Shown: one piece after another, positions 1 through 12,329 of the stretch | Position numbering within the stretch: the stretch's first letter is position 1 | Layout: the number at the start of each line of letters is the position of its first letter | DNA from: Hydrolagus affinis | Lineage: Eukaryota | NCBI GenBank assembly: GCA_012026655.1 | Contig: JAAILG010000727.1 | Coordinates: 1-64,000, forward strand | DNA: 64,000 bases | Reading direction: 5' to 3' | Notes under the pieces: model-generated | Seen by the model: the letters and a program-made list of their open reading frames with translations, nothing else | Database searches by the model: none | Told to the model about the DNA's origin: nothing | Position numbers and translations under genes: made by a program

Positions 1-18
1 GTGGAGGGGATTGCTAAC

Positions 19-140
19 CTCTTGCAGTTTTCTGTTCGGTGGAGATTAGCAACGTGTGCGAGGCACTCGCCAATACTGCAAGCAGTGCAAAGTAAGGTCA
101 GGATTGTGCAGTCTGTGGCTGGGAATTGAGAGCAGCAAGT
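19..140 (-). other. Candidate downstream exon with two possible acceptors (140 and 75) and donor AG|GTTAGC after 19
   Basis: Long pyrimidine tract and cccattccAG before 140, open in phase 0 for 122 bp. Second acceptor tgcttgcAG before 75, where phase 0 has TAA at 46-48. Confidence 0.25.
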
Positions 141-352
141 CTGGAATGGGAAAGGGGGAGGTGGGGGGGGGGTGGAAAGAGAGGAGAAACTTTGAATCAC
201 TGCGGTTACTGAAACATTTGTTTTGGTTATTGCAACACAGGCAGTGACTCAAAGTACCAGTGAACGGTGACTCCAGCAGCCGACAATGCCGAATGAAGGT
301 CAAAACATGCGTGATATCACAGGGTCACGTGCCTGCCGTGGTGTCACATTAC

Positions 353-415
353 CTGTTTCCACTTGATATCTGAACTGTAGTACTGTAGAACTGCTTTCAC
401 AATCACCTTCTCCTC
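353..415 (-). CDS. Internal coding exon (63 bp, phase 0-0), EEKVIVKAVLQYYSSDIKWKQ, of an unidentified gene
   Basis: Minus-strand acceptor ctctctggattccacAG and donor CAG|GTAATG. Open frame with vertebrate-like codons (GAG, AAG, GTG, CAG, TAC, ATC). Joins in frame to the 4862-4937 exon. Confidence 0.6.
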
Positions 416-509
416 CTGTGGAATCCAGAGAGGATACACTCAGGGGCGATAGATCCCCTGATGCCGTCAAACAATAATAAATTGGTCAAATAATAATTAA
501 TGCATGATA

Positions 510-697
510 GTCAAACAATAATAAATTGGTCATTTCAATCCACGACTATTTGTGGGACACTGCTGTGCACCATTGGCTGCCGCGTTTCGCCCACATATAT
601 ACAGAAATTCACTTTATAGTATATTCTATGAAGCACTTTGAGGTTTCTAGAAGATGAGAAAAGCACAATAAAAAATGCAAGGATTATTATTATTATA
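510..697 (+). mobile_element. 3' part of young tRNA-SINE (family A, SINE2-1_CM-like) with L2-type tail
   Basis: aattcactttatagtatattctatgaagcactttgag...aatgcaaggattattattatt, matching other copies in the window. Confidence 0.85.
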
Positions 698-1317
698 ACC
701 TCCGATTCCCTCGTCCAGTGCTCTATAAACAGCGAACAACCGCTCCACCATCAGGACTGAGTTAGGAGGACATAACCTCAAACCAACAAACAGCACCTGG
801 TCGCAAAATGATGGAAAACCACTGGCTCAGACTCTTGTTTTCACTGCAATCCATTTTGGAAAACAATGAGGGGGTTGACAGGCAATGTAGCAGTAATCTG
901 TCTGGCCCAACCTCAAGAATCCCTCACTTCTTCTAGGCAAACACAGCGCACAGGCACACGCATCTTTGCCAAATGTCATTATTCACAATGAAGTCGTGGT
1001 CAGCCCAGATTGCAAAGCCACGGCATAACCAATTGACCCGTTGCACTGTGCGGTGAAAGCAGCAACTAAATCACACTCTGTGCCATGCTTCACCGCTCAG
1101 TCCAAAGGTAGTCATCTAAATTCTATCAATTTATTTAATACCCAGCAAGATAAATCACATAGGACAGCACTGTTATCTGGACCGAGGCTGATGTCTATAT
1201 CTTGTTTTTTCAGGAGTCATTCCGCACCTTGGGCATCAAAAAGAGATAGTGCAATCATTTTTAACGATGCCACACAAACTGATGTATTCAGTGCTCACTC
1301 TTAAGGCTCCAGTGTGG

Positions 1318-1730
1318 CAGCTCTTTCCATGGCTCAGTGGGGTTGATCCTGTGTAATAGCTAAGTCATACCAGACCAGGAAGGTCCCAGGCTCAATCCCT
1401 GATCTGTATTAAGTTAGCTGATCTCAATATTGTAGGTGAGGCAAATGAGGTGCTACACTTGGCTTCAGTACTTAGGGTTGCAAAGGGAAAACAACAAATT
1501 ACATTTATACAGTGCCTTTCATGTCAGGAACATTTCTGAAGGCATTGGACAGTCCCCTGCCCCTGGCTCGGTCCCAGGATCCGCTACTGTGAAGCGCTCT
1601 GAGACACCGTCCGGTATGGAGGGCGCTATATATATATATAAATAAATCAAAGTTGTTATTGTTGTTGATGACAGTCAGATTCCTGGCCTGACTATCTAGT
1701 GACTTTGTCTTGCTGGAATGGTGTGCGCAT
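1318..1730 (+). mobile_element. Old tRNA-headed SINE (family C, AmnSINE2/MamSINE1-like), interrupted at about 1489-1667
   Basis: tggctcagtgg A-box and ccaggaaggtcccaggctcaatccctgatctgt...gttagctgatctc body, shared with copies at 13.7k, 36.2k and 61.1k. Confidence 0.65.
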
Positions 1731-4700
1731 ATTTGCCTGATACTGCTTACATCTCACAAAGCATCATGAACAAGTTGGTAAATGCCAATGCGTGGAAACC
1801 AGCAGAATGCACTGAATACACTGAATACATCTATCAGTAAGTAAAGCATTTTACACGCTAATTGGACATCTTGTGTCCACTTCCACCCCAACATGGCTGA
1901 GTAGAGTTGGGGTGTGGCAGAGTTGGGGTGTGAGAAAAACACAAGGAATTTTACCCACAAAATACAGTCAATTTACTTTAGAATTAAGTGCTTTGAGATG
2001 TCCAGGTGACGTGATATGGTGCCATATCAAATGCAAGGATTATTTTTTATTATCTGGTCATAAATATCACACATTCATAACCAGCAGCCAGTCATCTAGA
2101 ATTCTCTCTTGGGTAGATTTCTAAGAACGATAATGTTGTAAAGTGTATGTCCACCAAATGTTGAACCAGCCAATGATCTGGTATAAGACAGGGATATATT
2201 GCATTGTTATTTAATTCCTTCTCCTACCTTAATGGAGTAACTGGCCTAATCTTTCAGAGAATTTAGACAGAAGCATCCAGGACCAATGGCTCACAAGCAA
2301 TCAACAAGGCATAGTTACTGCATAAACAAAGTCAATTGACCACTCTCTCCCGTTCTGAAAGTACCACAGAGTCTCAATGCTTCACAGCATAGAACATTTC
2401 AAACAGTCTGTAAGAATCTCTCCTTGCTCCTTAAGCGCAATAACTAATAATAATAATCCTTGCATTTGTTATTGCGCCTTATCACACACCACTCCTAAGA
2501 CTATGCCAGGTTGGACTCTAGTGGCGTTGGAAACATTTGGTGTGTTACCCATCAGTTCTTCCCTGTTTGCTGGTGGTTTGAGCGAAATAACAAATAATAA
2601 CAACTTGCATTTACATAGAGACCCTCACAGGGAGAAAAGTGCCATATATAAAAAGAGAGGTTGAGGAACATTAACCTTCTGCCCATTCATCAAACACTTC
2701 AAGCACTGCGGACCTACTAAAAGTAATGTAACTAGCTGTTCTGCAAGTGTGGACATGGGCATTGATGGATATAATACAACTCTGAAAGTACACAGATAAC
2801 ATGGCAACACAAATGTATGGAGGTAATGGGTCTTATTCCAATCAAACGACAAGAGACAAATCTGTTCGCAAATTCTCAGCCATGAGTCAGGAATAAAATT
2901 CACACAATGTTCCTCTCCTTTGAAAGAAAGCTGGATTTACATCTTAATTTGGACATAAATAGTGGAGGAATGCTTGCTGTTAGGCTCATTATTTTATACT
3001 ACAGTAACCTTTCTTAATCTCAGAAGTCTCTTCACTGAGTGATGAAGTGCTCGTTTTGGTTTACCTGTGTAGGTCTGGTTAATCAAGCAGCACCCACTGC
3101 CTGAATACAGATGTACGTGGGAACTTTCAACTCTCACGAATAAACAATGCTCTAAGAAAAATAGATGTGCCACACAGACAGCGAGAAAAGAAGAATGAGC
3201 AAGAAAGAGGGATTATCCAGGTAACAGACAATTACAGGAAATTGTGGAAACCCGCAGGGAGTGAAGGAGGGACTGGCTGCTGGTTAAATTCTCCTGTTGC
3301 TGTTTTCCACTAAAAACACTGCAGAGGAAATGAGTCAATTTTCACTCATTGAATCCTGGAGCGGGAGGAGGAGCATTTGATAACATTTGAAAGAGCAACA
3401 TCTATTACCAGCCAGTCCTACACTCAACCTGATCACACTCTCTCTTAATGCAGCTACAGACCACACAGAAAGCCCTAACTGTTCATCTCTATATAAGTAG
3501 CATGCACCTCAATTGGCACCAATTGATTTTTTTTTTGGGGGGGGAAGTTATTTTCTACATGTGTCATACTTTGCCAGACTGAAAGGCATTCAACTGGCAA
3601 TGCCACGTTCTATCAACCTTATTCCACCAACCCATTGGGCAAGTGCAGCTCTCCCAAGGGAGGTGGAAAGTGATTTGATGCCTCTCAGTAACCACTGAGA
3701 TTGAGGTCTAATTGGATCAGCACAAACTTGCTTCTTTCTTCGACTCTGACCCAGTCTTTTCAAAATGCTATCAGATGTTAAACTACATGATGGATGTTAT
3801 ATAAATGTAAGTTGTTATTGACTGATCTATACTATTGGCTTCTTTAACTGGTTGGAATTTCTGAACAAACCTGAACAAAAGATTTCATACACACATTTCC
3901 AACACAGCAGATCTGGCTCAACGCAGCCTTTTGGTCATTTTTCCATCCTTTAATGTCTTCTGTGCCCCATCCATTTAATGCCACGTTTCCTACAGGCAAC
4001 ATTGCTGGGAGGCTACTCTTTGCTTCCGCTGTGGCCAATCACCAATCCTGCTCCAGATCCTGCCATGTCCACAAACTAAAATATCCTTCCTTTTCGAGGA
4101 GGAAAACTAGGATACCCCTGGGGCAAAGTCAACAGCACTGATCACACACAGCATGTTTGAGCACTGACTGACTCTAAGAGCCTGAACACTTTCCCACTGG
4201 ACAATGATTCACTGTCAGCTACTTGAAGGTGCAACTTGCCCACTGCAACAGAATGTACTCTGGACCTGAGAGTAAACATTGTGAGTTCATAACTGGGCTC
4301 CATCAAGTGAAGAGGCATGATCCCTTTTCCTGGGCACAACCAATACAATAAAGTAGATCTATGCTTTGTCATTATTTCTCGTTCTATCTCTCAAAGGGTG
4401 TTGGATATTTTATTACTGTAATCTTGTTTCAGGTCAATTTTTCCAAATGCCTGAAATTGACAAACAGCTCATTGGCATGGGGTGCTGCAGCTTTAAAATT
4501 TTACAACATCTATTACCTCCATGGTAGGGAAAGGTTCCAACGAAAACCCAATTTCGCTGATCTACAGTGACATCAGATCAGCACGATATCTTTGAAATAT
4601 GATACGCCTATGTGTAGCAAAAGGGTTCCGTTTTCACAAATATTTTATTAATCTGTCCATTGTTTTATGAAAATGTGTAGACTTTATGCTGTGCGACAGC

Positions 4701-4861
4701 CTGGATCTTTGAAGAGGCAGAAGTGACAAAAATGACAAGATAATGTGTTTATAATTCAGAGATACTTTACAGAAGAAAAGTTGCTATCTCTCAGTTCACA
4801 GAACGGTCACAATTGTAGATGTCAGCTCAGCAGCACAAACACAGAGAACAAAGGAGCTCAC

Positions 4862-4937
4862 AGGGTGGTTCTTAAAAGATCTGAGGGTCTCCACCAGCAT
4901 CTGAAAGAATTCATCTCGCACCAGCCAGGGAAACAGT
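4862..4937 (-). CDS. Internal coding exon (76 bp, phase 2-0), (R)LFPWLVRDEFFQMLVETLRSFKNHP
   Basis: Acceptor ttctctgctgctgtgtAG and donor CCT|GTGAGC. Strong coding-like codon usage (CTG, GTG, GAG, ACC, CTC, AAC, CAC). Ends in phase 0, matching the 353-415 exon. Confidence 0.6.
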
Positions 4938-6383
4938 CTACACAGCAGCAGAGAACTTAGAAGAAATACTTTATAGAATTCAGTCAACCTTTTTGTATAC
5001 ACTATATATGTATATATTGTATGAAAACCAGTCAAGTCATTCAAACTGAATTGTCTATGCAGCTTTTAACGGATAGCATCTATACCATTTTGCCATTGCT
5101 TTTCATATAACATGCCTATGGAGCAGTAGAGATGTCATTTTAGTCTGTTTCCAAAGCAATATATTCATACCCCAACCCCACCCCCAATTCTCACTGAAAC
5201 ACAGTGAAAGACTGGACTTTGGCAACTTTCTCGATGAATCACCACAGGCAACCTATCTGAAAAGGTTGGACAAAAGAATCCAAACAAGCAGTCCAGTTCA
5301 CTTACTGAGTAATGCAATTGGCTGTAGTGGATGTAATACATCCATCACTATTCTTTTCCAACAGATAAGTGGTGATTGGATGGGGGGGCTGGATTAAAAT
5401 GGGAATAAATGAAAAGGGTAATCGTCACTGGTGTAAATGTTGAAGAATGCGGGACATAAACAGCGCTGAAATGAAAAACCTACTTAAAAGGGATTCTGTC
5501 AATAACTGTTAAATACTAACCTTGTCCTGTTCACTGCCTTTGTGCAGAGATGCACTTGCAGTGTTAAGAGGGTAAAAATAGCTGCAAATGGAAGAATAAT
5601 CAATGCAGTGCCAAACACATTAACGCAGACAAATCATCAGAGGCTACAAATGGAATGTCGGTCTTCCTCAGATACATAGATATATATATAGATCAGATAG
5701 AAAGGGAGACATACACACACACACACATCAATTTAAATTCAAGCTTACCCTTCTGTTTAAATTGAAAATGCTACATTGTGCTGTGAAAAGACAGGCTTGC
5801 TCTCAGGCTCATTTCTCCAATGAAGCAACACAGGGCAAAAATGGCACAGATGTTGCTCGGCTGCCATGGCATTTCCATCTGCATGTAACAAGCTACTCGA
5901 GCACACATTTCCTCCAAACCCATTTACACAGCATGTTTCCCCCAAAGGTGGGCTTGAGTTTTATCTATGAAAAAAGGCATTGCCCACCCGATTGCAAATA
6001 CGATCAGCTTTGCACGTCTGATCTGCTCTGCTACATCCTGCTTCCATTTACCAACAAACTGGAGTTTCTTGGGGACGCAGAGGTTGTTATATTTGACCTC
6101 AGACCTGATTCTTCAGGCACACACCACAGGACTGCACCTCAGGGCAGTTTGGTATGACTGTGGGAACACCAGTGTATACAACCTGATATGTTGTTCTTAA
6201 AGGAAATCACAAAACCCTTCATAATTGTACAAACTATCCAGATGTGGAGTCCTGTAGAGTATTCACGTCACAAGCATGAGGATCTGGGTTTGATTCCCGA
6301 ATGGGGCAGAACATTAGGCAAATTTCCTTACTCGACACACCTCTATTTACTTGGATTTCTTTAGCTCAGTGGTTGCGACCTTC

Positions 6384-6387
<4 letters not shown>

Positions 6388-6423
<36 letters not shown>
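6388..6423. repeat. (TA)n microsatellite
   Basis: Seen directly in the sequence. Confidence 0.95.
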
Positions 6424-6426
<3 letters not shown>

Positions 6427-6582
6427 TATTTGGTCACTCAATCCACAACTGTTTGTGGTACACTGCTTATGCAATAGGCTACTGCGGTTTGTCTACAAAA
6501 TATGAAATCAATTCACTTGACTGTGGGAAGCTCTTTGAGACTCCTCAACGACATGATAAGGCACTATATCAAACGCAAGGAT

Positions 6583-6801
6583 AGAATCATAGAATTATAC
6601 AGCACAGAAGGAGGCCATTCGGCCCATCTTGTCTGTGCCGGCTCCTTTAAAAGAGCTGTCCAAATCAATCGCACTTCCCCCGAATTCTCCCCAATAGCCT
6701 TGCAAACTTCTCCTCACAAATAGTTATCTTCTTCTCTCTTAAAAGTTATTATTGAATCAGCCTCCACCTTTCAAGCAACGTATTCCAGATCCGAACAACT
6801 C
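6583..6801 (-). mobile_element. CR1-clade LINE 3' end
   Basis: Reverse-strand (ATTCTATG)n-type tail (agaatcatagaat) and ggccattcggccc hairpin region. Homologous to 49735-49865. Flanked by GGAT on both sides. Confidence 0.8.
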
Positions 6802-7799
6802 GGATTATTATTATTATTATCATTAGTATTAGATGTGTTGACTGGAAAAGACACGTGCAGGAGTGTGGGGTAGGATAAGATGAGGTTTAGCTTTAATGTC
6901 TCCTCACTGCTGAATAACTTCCAAATGTTGATTGTCTAGCCTTCCTTATAAAAACTGGCCACTGGGCAAGGCATGTGTGGGGGAGGGGTAGAGGGTGAGG
7001 AGGGAGGAAGGGTGGGGGGAAAGGCAGGAGAGAAGAAGAGGGAAACCAACAGCGCCAGTGAAACTGACTATCAAAGCATTAGGAGGGACAGAATTTGAAG
7101 CTTCCAAGCCAGATATTTCCACCCATCGCATCTCCGAAATAATTCCAAAATTGCAGCAAGAAAAATGGCTTGCATTCCTCGCACACACACTTGCGCTGCA
7201 GATGCAATGAGTTTAATACTGGCCGAAATGCTCCTTTGTCACGCTTTCAAGTTTAAAATTTACATCATAACAATAAGTTGCCTGAGCCACATGACAGTTG
7301 GTGAAATCTCCTAACAAAGAATCTCTCTCTCTCTCGCTTTTTTTTCGAAACGTTTGTTAAAAAAAACAAGTCCTCTGTTTACTTCCTTAGTTTCCACATG
7401 ACACTGTTGGAGAGCAGTGAGGGTTGCTGCCAGGAAACGCCAAGACTTCCAGGAAAGCCAGCTTTCCGAGTTCGGCTCCAAGTGCTGGATTGAGAGCAGG
7501 AAAACTGAGCCTCATTGTTTAAACCATCTGCAGCATTACTTCTGTGTGTGTGTGTGTGGTTTGGGGGGAGGGGTGGTCTGTGCTATGAAAAGAGCCAGTA
7601 ACTGAAGCACTGATTATGTAGGGAGATATGCTCAGGCACATTCACAGGAGGACTGAAGGAATGTGTACAGGAAGCTCCTGCAAACATGTCAAAACAGGTT
7701 TTGCTGCTTGCTGGTTGTGCAGGAGATTCAAAGTGTGAAGCAGTCTGCGCAGAACTCCCAACAACTGTAGAGGCAATGAGAAAATTCCACCTTACATTA

Positions 7800-7935
7800 C
7801 ACAGAATTAAATAACTATGCAGCACAGAAACAGGCCATTCAGCCCGTCTAGTCCATTCTGGTATTTATGGTCCACATGAGCCTCCTCATGCCCTTCCTCA
7901 ACTAAGCTGATCAGCATAACCTTCTATTCCTTTCT
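7800..7935 (-). mobile_element. Older CR1 3' end fragment
   Basis: gcacagaaacaggccattcagccc motif, as in the 6583-6801 copy. Confidence 0.6.
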
Positions 7936-9119
7936 TATTGTTTGCCAATGTGTTACTCTCTGCCAGTGTGTGAAATGGGCAACTAATTACAACATCACTG
8001 CCTTCTTGCTACTCCGTTGCATCAAGGGCTAAACAACTGCTTGCTAGCACTGGTTTGTTTGTGTGTGTGTGCGTGAGTGGGGGGGATTATCACTTGCCCC
8101 AGTGCCAGACAGGTCTATATTTATTTACCAGCCCAGTTCAGGCTGGTAAATTTGACAATCCCTGTATTTGATATAACATCTTATAACGCTGTCAAAGAGT
8201 CTCAAAGCACTACACAGGATTTGAAGTAAGGTGTAGTGACTGTATTTTGTAAGAAAACACGAAAGCCAACTGCGAATAGCATCAACCCACAAACAGCCAT
8301 GAAATGAACGACCGATCGACTTGGCTCTTACAGCTTTTGAAGGTGTAAAGCCAGTGGCGGCTTTTGCACTCTCGCACCATACTGCCTCTCAGCAGAGAAA
8401 CGCTTCTTTTGTGGTGCATTTAGTGCTTCACGCTGCCATCAGCAAGCGATGAGGCAGACGCACAAATTAGCTGGTGACTCACGCTAATCCCTTCAATACA
8501 CTAGATGAATTGTAGACTCGTCTCGACTTCAAATCAAAACTTGTGGCTGAGTGGAAAATATAAGCAGAGTAATTGAGCCCAACTTACTTTAAACGTGATC
8601 CAATTATTTGTATAATCTACTGTGTGATTACTGATTCAAATGAGTTTCTTCCACTTTGTCCAATTGGTCACCTTTTATCCAGCTTCATGCTGGAAGGAAT
8701 CCCTCTGCAATGAGTGCAATTATATTCACTGTACATAGAACCTCAAACTCACTTAGCCTGAGGAGAGAAGTGGGGAGGAGTGAGAGAAAGAAAGAACACT
8801 AATATTAATGCTTTGTGGATTACATGATAGATCTCTACAGTGAGGCAGGTCGTTACGTCCCCACTGCTCCAGACTATTCGAGTAATGAAACATGATAAGG
8901 ACCTGGCCACTGATATTAAGGTGTGTAAAAAGCACTCAATAGCAATTCTGTTAGGGGAAGGAGATGATGGTCATTTTCAACAAAATGGTGTCTTGAGCAA
9001 CAAGTGCTTTGAAAAAGGGATTGCTGGAAAGGGACTGATGAATTCAACCCCACCCTGGGTGAATTGCAGCATTCAAGGGTCAAGCACTTCAGAAACCAAG
9101 GGAACAATAGGAAATAATT

Positions 9120-9537
9120 TGCCTCTTGAGGTAGAATCTTTGGGTTCAAGCCTCAAGTCATGACTTAGTACAGTACTCAGTTCAGGCTGACACTCCAGCA
9201 AGGTGCTGGAGGAATGCTGTTGTTGTCATAGCTGCTGCCCTTTAGAGGAAATGTTAAACCGAGGTCCAATCTACCTTTTAGGCGTAAGGACGTCAAACAT
9301 CCTGTGGCCTGTTGGACAATAGAAAAAATGCCTCCACTGTCCTGGCTAATAATCCCCCCAAGTAAAATTGGTCACTCATTTCATGGCTGTTTATGGTAAC
9401 GCTGCTGTGTGCAAATTGGCTGTCAGATTGACCAACAAAACACCTAGTCATTGCATTTCACAGCAAATCATGTGAAGCACTTTGAGACATTCTCCCAACT
9501 TGAAAGGCACTTCCTAAATATAAGGATTATTACTATT
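9120..9537 (+). mobile_element. Deu-domain SINE (family B, SacSINE1/AmnSINE1-like)
   Basis: B-box gggttcaagcc; Deu core ggctgacactccag...gttaaaccgagg...tgtcctggctaat...gctgtgtgcaaattggctg; L2-type tail. Confidence 0.75.
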
Positions 9538-12017
9538 TTTACTTTCTCAAGCACTCTTTTTTGGTTGGCATCACAGTCCTGACTGCCTGGCGAAGAGAGA
9601 TTCATGCTTAATGTGAGGCACAAGGAGATCCAACTAGACAAGGAAGAGGAAAATAACAAACTGGTTAACAAGACTATGTTGACAAAATGGGCATAATGCT
9701 ACTTCAACAATGGGATGTCAGGACAAAAGGCCATTAGACAATATATTGACTGGTTTACATTGGAAATATTGGAAGAACTACCACAAGTAGACACACCTAG
9801 CACAATTAAATGGCTTCAGTCTTCATTGAAAAAGTGTTTGACAAACCTTTGTTTGCTTGCCAAATACTGCAAAGCAATGACATGTTGTCACGTGGCATGT
9901 GTGGAAATCACAATGAAAATGGTGCGCAGCTGTCTCTTTCTCTCTCTCTCTCTTTCCTCCTCCCTAGACCACTGCCCCTCAACACCCCTCCCCTCCCCAC
10001 AATAACTCCATCGGCAGGCAGTTCTGAAATCACGAACGCTTCTCAGAATATGTAACACGGCATAGTGCGCACAAACCGCACAAGCTGAAAGCACACACAG
10101 TGCTCGGGAAGGGGTGAACTTGTGGCGTACATCCTTCCCTCCTCCGAATCCCTGAACAAAGAATTTAATAACAAAGAAATGATCATTTCAGCGTGACCTT
10201 CACTTCACCTCACAGAACTGGAATACAGAAGAATTAAAAAGATTTGATCAGACTCCGATTACCAGCTTTATTCTAGGCCAGCGCACAATAATTGCATGCG
10301 TTCCAAATCACTGACCTACTTTCTTCACACATACACAAGCTACTCTAAACGGAGTGAATTTAGTAGCACTGCCATTGCTCCGGGTGACCTGCTTATTGTA
10401 TTTATGTAACACTGCTACATCAGTGGGTCGAGGAACCACAGAACTGAGCACTTCTGCCCCAGTAGAGACAAACACTTCCACTCCAATACCCCCTCTCCTC
10501 TGAGTTCTACATGACCAGAGAGAATTTGCCACTGCAGTAAAAGAAAGTGCATTTGATAAAAATGTGCATTTTTTATATATATAAAAAGGCTCCTCCCCCT
10601 GTCCTCATCCCATTATCTTTTACTCAGGAAATGACAGTTATTTTGGACAATCTTGGGGGAGTGCAGAACAGCTCTTCGTTTCAGGAGAGGTTGGAAAGGA
10701 TTTGGCCTTTTTAATATGTTTGTGGTCTGAGCTTTTCAAGAGGGTGGGAGGCAGTCGTTTCTCTATCTCAGTCCCAAGAGGTTCCGCCAAGGATTTTCTG
10801 TCTGTTTTTACAAAAGAAAATTGATGTTGGAATTATTCAGCAACCACAAACGGTTGTTATAGCTCCTTGGCTGCGCTGTATCAGGTATGAGGGGACAAGC
10901 TTAGAAGGCAGCTCCCCTCCCCCTACCCTATCAGTCCATATAAAGCAGAGTCAGGGAAACAGGATCACACAGAGTATGGAGAATGTTCATTGTATGGTCC
11001 ACAAGTAACAACGTTCAAATTGTTACATACCGTGAAATTAAAGGGACTGAAGGAAATGTAAAACCCAAACGTCATTGCACATTGTTTTGCTGTTGCACTT
11101 TAGGGACTTGGATCTGAAACGAGTCAAACAACAACAACAAATAAACTATCCTCCTTCTCAATCACCCTTAAAGGATCATTGTTCATTAAATTGAGATCGC
11201 TGGCTGCACAATCGCAAACACAAATGTTGGGAGGTGAAAATGGGGAGATGCCAGCAAGAGATGTACTAAGCCATGGTTTAGATCAAGTAAATGCATGCAG
11301 GCATAACTGAAATTAACTCAAGAATGTATGACTAGACAAGGGAATGGGTATTCGAGCAATGTAACTTTAGTACATATATCTGGAAAAATGCCTTTACTCT
11401 AAGGGAGTTATTCTACAAAGGTGCATGCCCTGTAGAGGGTTCATTAATGGTGGCTATCAACTATTTTCCCCCATTGGCTCATTGAGCTAGTTTGCCCCTG
11501 TGTGCTTATAAATAATCTCCAGAGCAATTTTAATAGTGTAATTTCATTTCACATATTGAATATAATTTATGTTTTTAAAATTGTGTTTTTATTTATAATG
11601 GCACAGACAAAAATTCATGCAGCATTCATAATGGAGGAGAACAGCACTCAGCCCACATCAATGAATGCACTTCCCAAAAGCAGAATTACCCCCAAAGAGT
11701 GATAATTGTTTGGAATTATTCACTGAGGGAGACAAGATTGGCAGAACATTGAGGCTATTCAAAATACAATTACATGCCCTGATGGGAGCATTAACTGTGT
11801 GCTGGGGGATGAGCTCCAATGTGTTGTTTGGCTCAAGGGTTAAGAAAACCCAAGTAACAGTGGCATAATGAGCCTGCTGGTATCCTGTGCAGAATATGTC
11901 TATGTTCTATGATTAGAAGTGACAGGTTTATGGAAATGTTGCATGGTTACCATTTACTTTAAGAGAAACTGCACCTTTAAGAACTGTGTTGCAGTCATCT
12001 TCACAGAAGAAAGAGAC

Positions 12018-12150
12018 AATAATAATAATAATAATATTAGTCATTCCATTTGATATAGTGCTTTGCACATCTTCTGGACATCTCAAACTGCTTTACAGAA
12101 TATACTGTAAAGTGAATTTACTGTATATTTGTGGGTGAATGACCAATGAC
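12018..12150 (-). mobile_element. Family A SINE 3' fragment
   Basis: (AAT)n followed by acagaatatactgtaaagtgaat. Confidence 0.8.
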
Positions 12151-12329
12151 CAGAGTAAAAGTGGCTTCCATTGTTTTACTTTCATAGATGTTAGAATAAT
12201 GGAAGGAACTATAAACCCATATGTCACTGGCATGAAGGTTTTAATTGGGGTGCCAAGTCTTCGTTAGGTTAGTCCTCCCGATGTGAAAGGCGCTCTATAA
12301 ATGTAATTTTGTTGTTGTTGTAATCTAGA

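Larger units (their letters stand above)
6243..6820 (+). mobile_element. Near full-length family A SINE with internal (TA)n and a CR1 insertion in its tail
   Basis: Head gtggagtcctgtag..., B-box ggtttgattcc, body homologous to the 59553-59916 copy. Tail resumes as ggattattattatt at 6802. Confidence 0.85.

Noticed and set aside
19-415. Alternative phase-1 reading (GEGDCESSSTVLQFRYQVET / VLASASHTLLISTEQKTAR) as a mucin-like exon pair
   Set aside because: The frame is open, but codon usage favours phase 0 and it does not join the 4862-4937 exon. Not fully excluded.
1751-1830. Minus-strand exon candidate MYSVYSVHSAGFHALAFTNLFMMLCE
   Set aside because: At 80 bp it would break the frame between the two supported exons. 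It has a weak acceptor and an internal short duplication.
4862-4937. CLEC16A identity (LVETLRS and NHPE-like words)
   Set aside because: Those words lie far apart in CLEC16A and the surrounding residues do not match.
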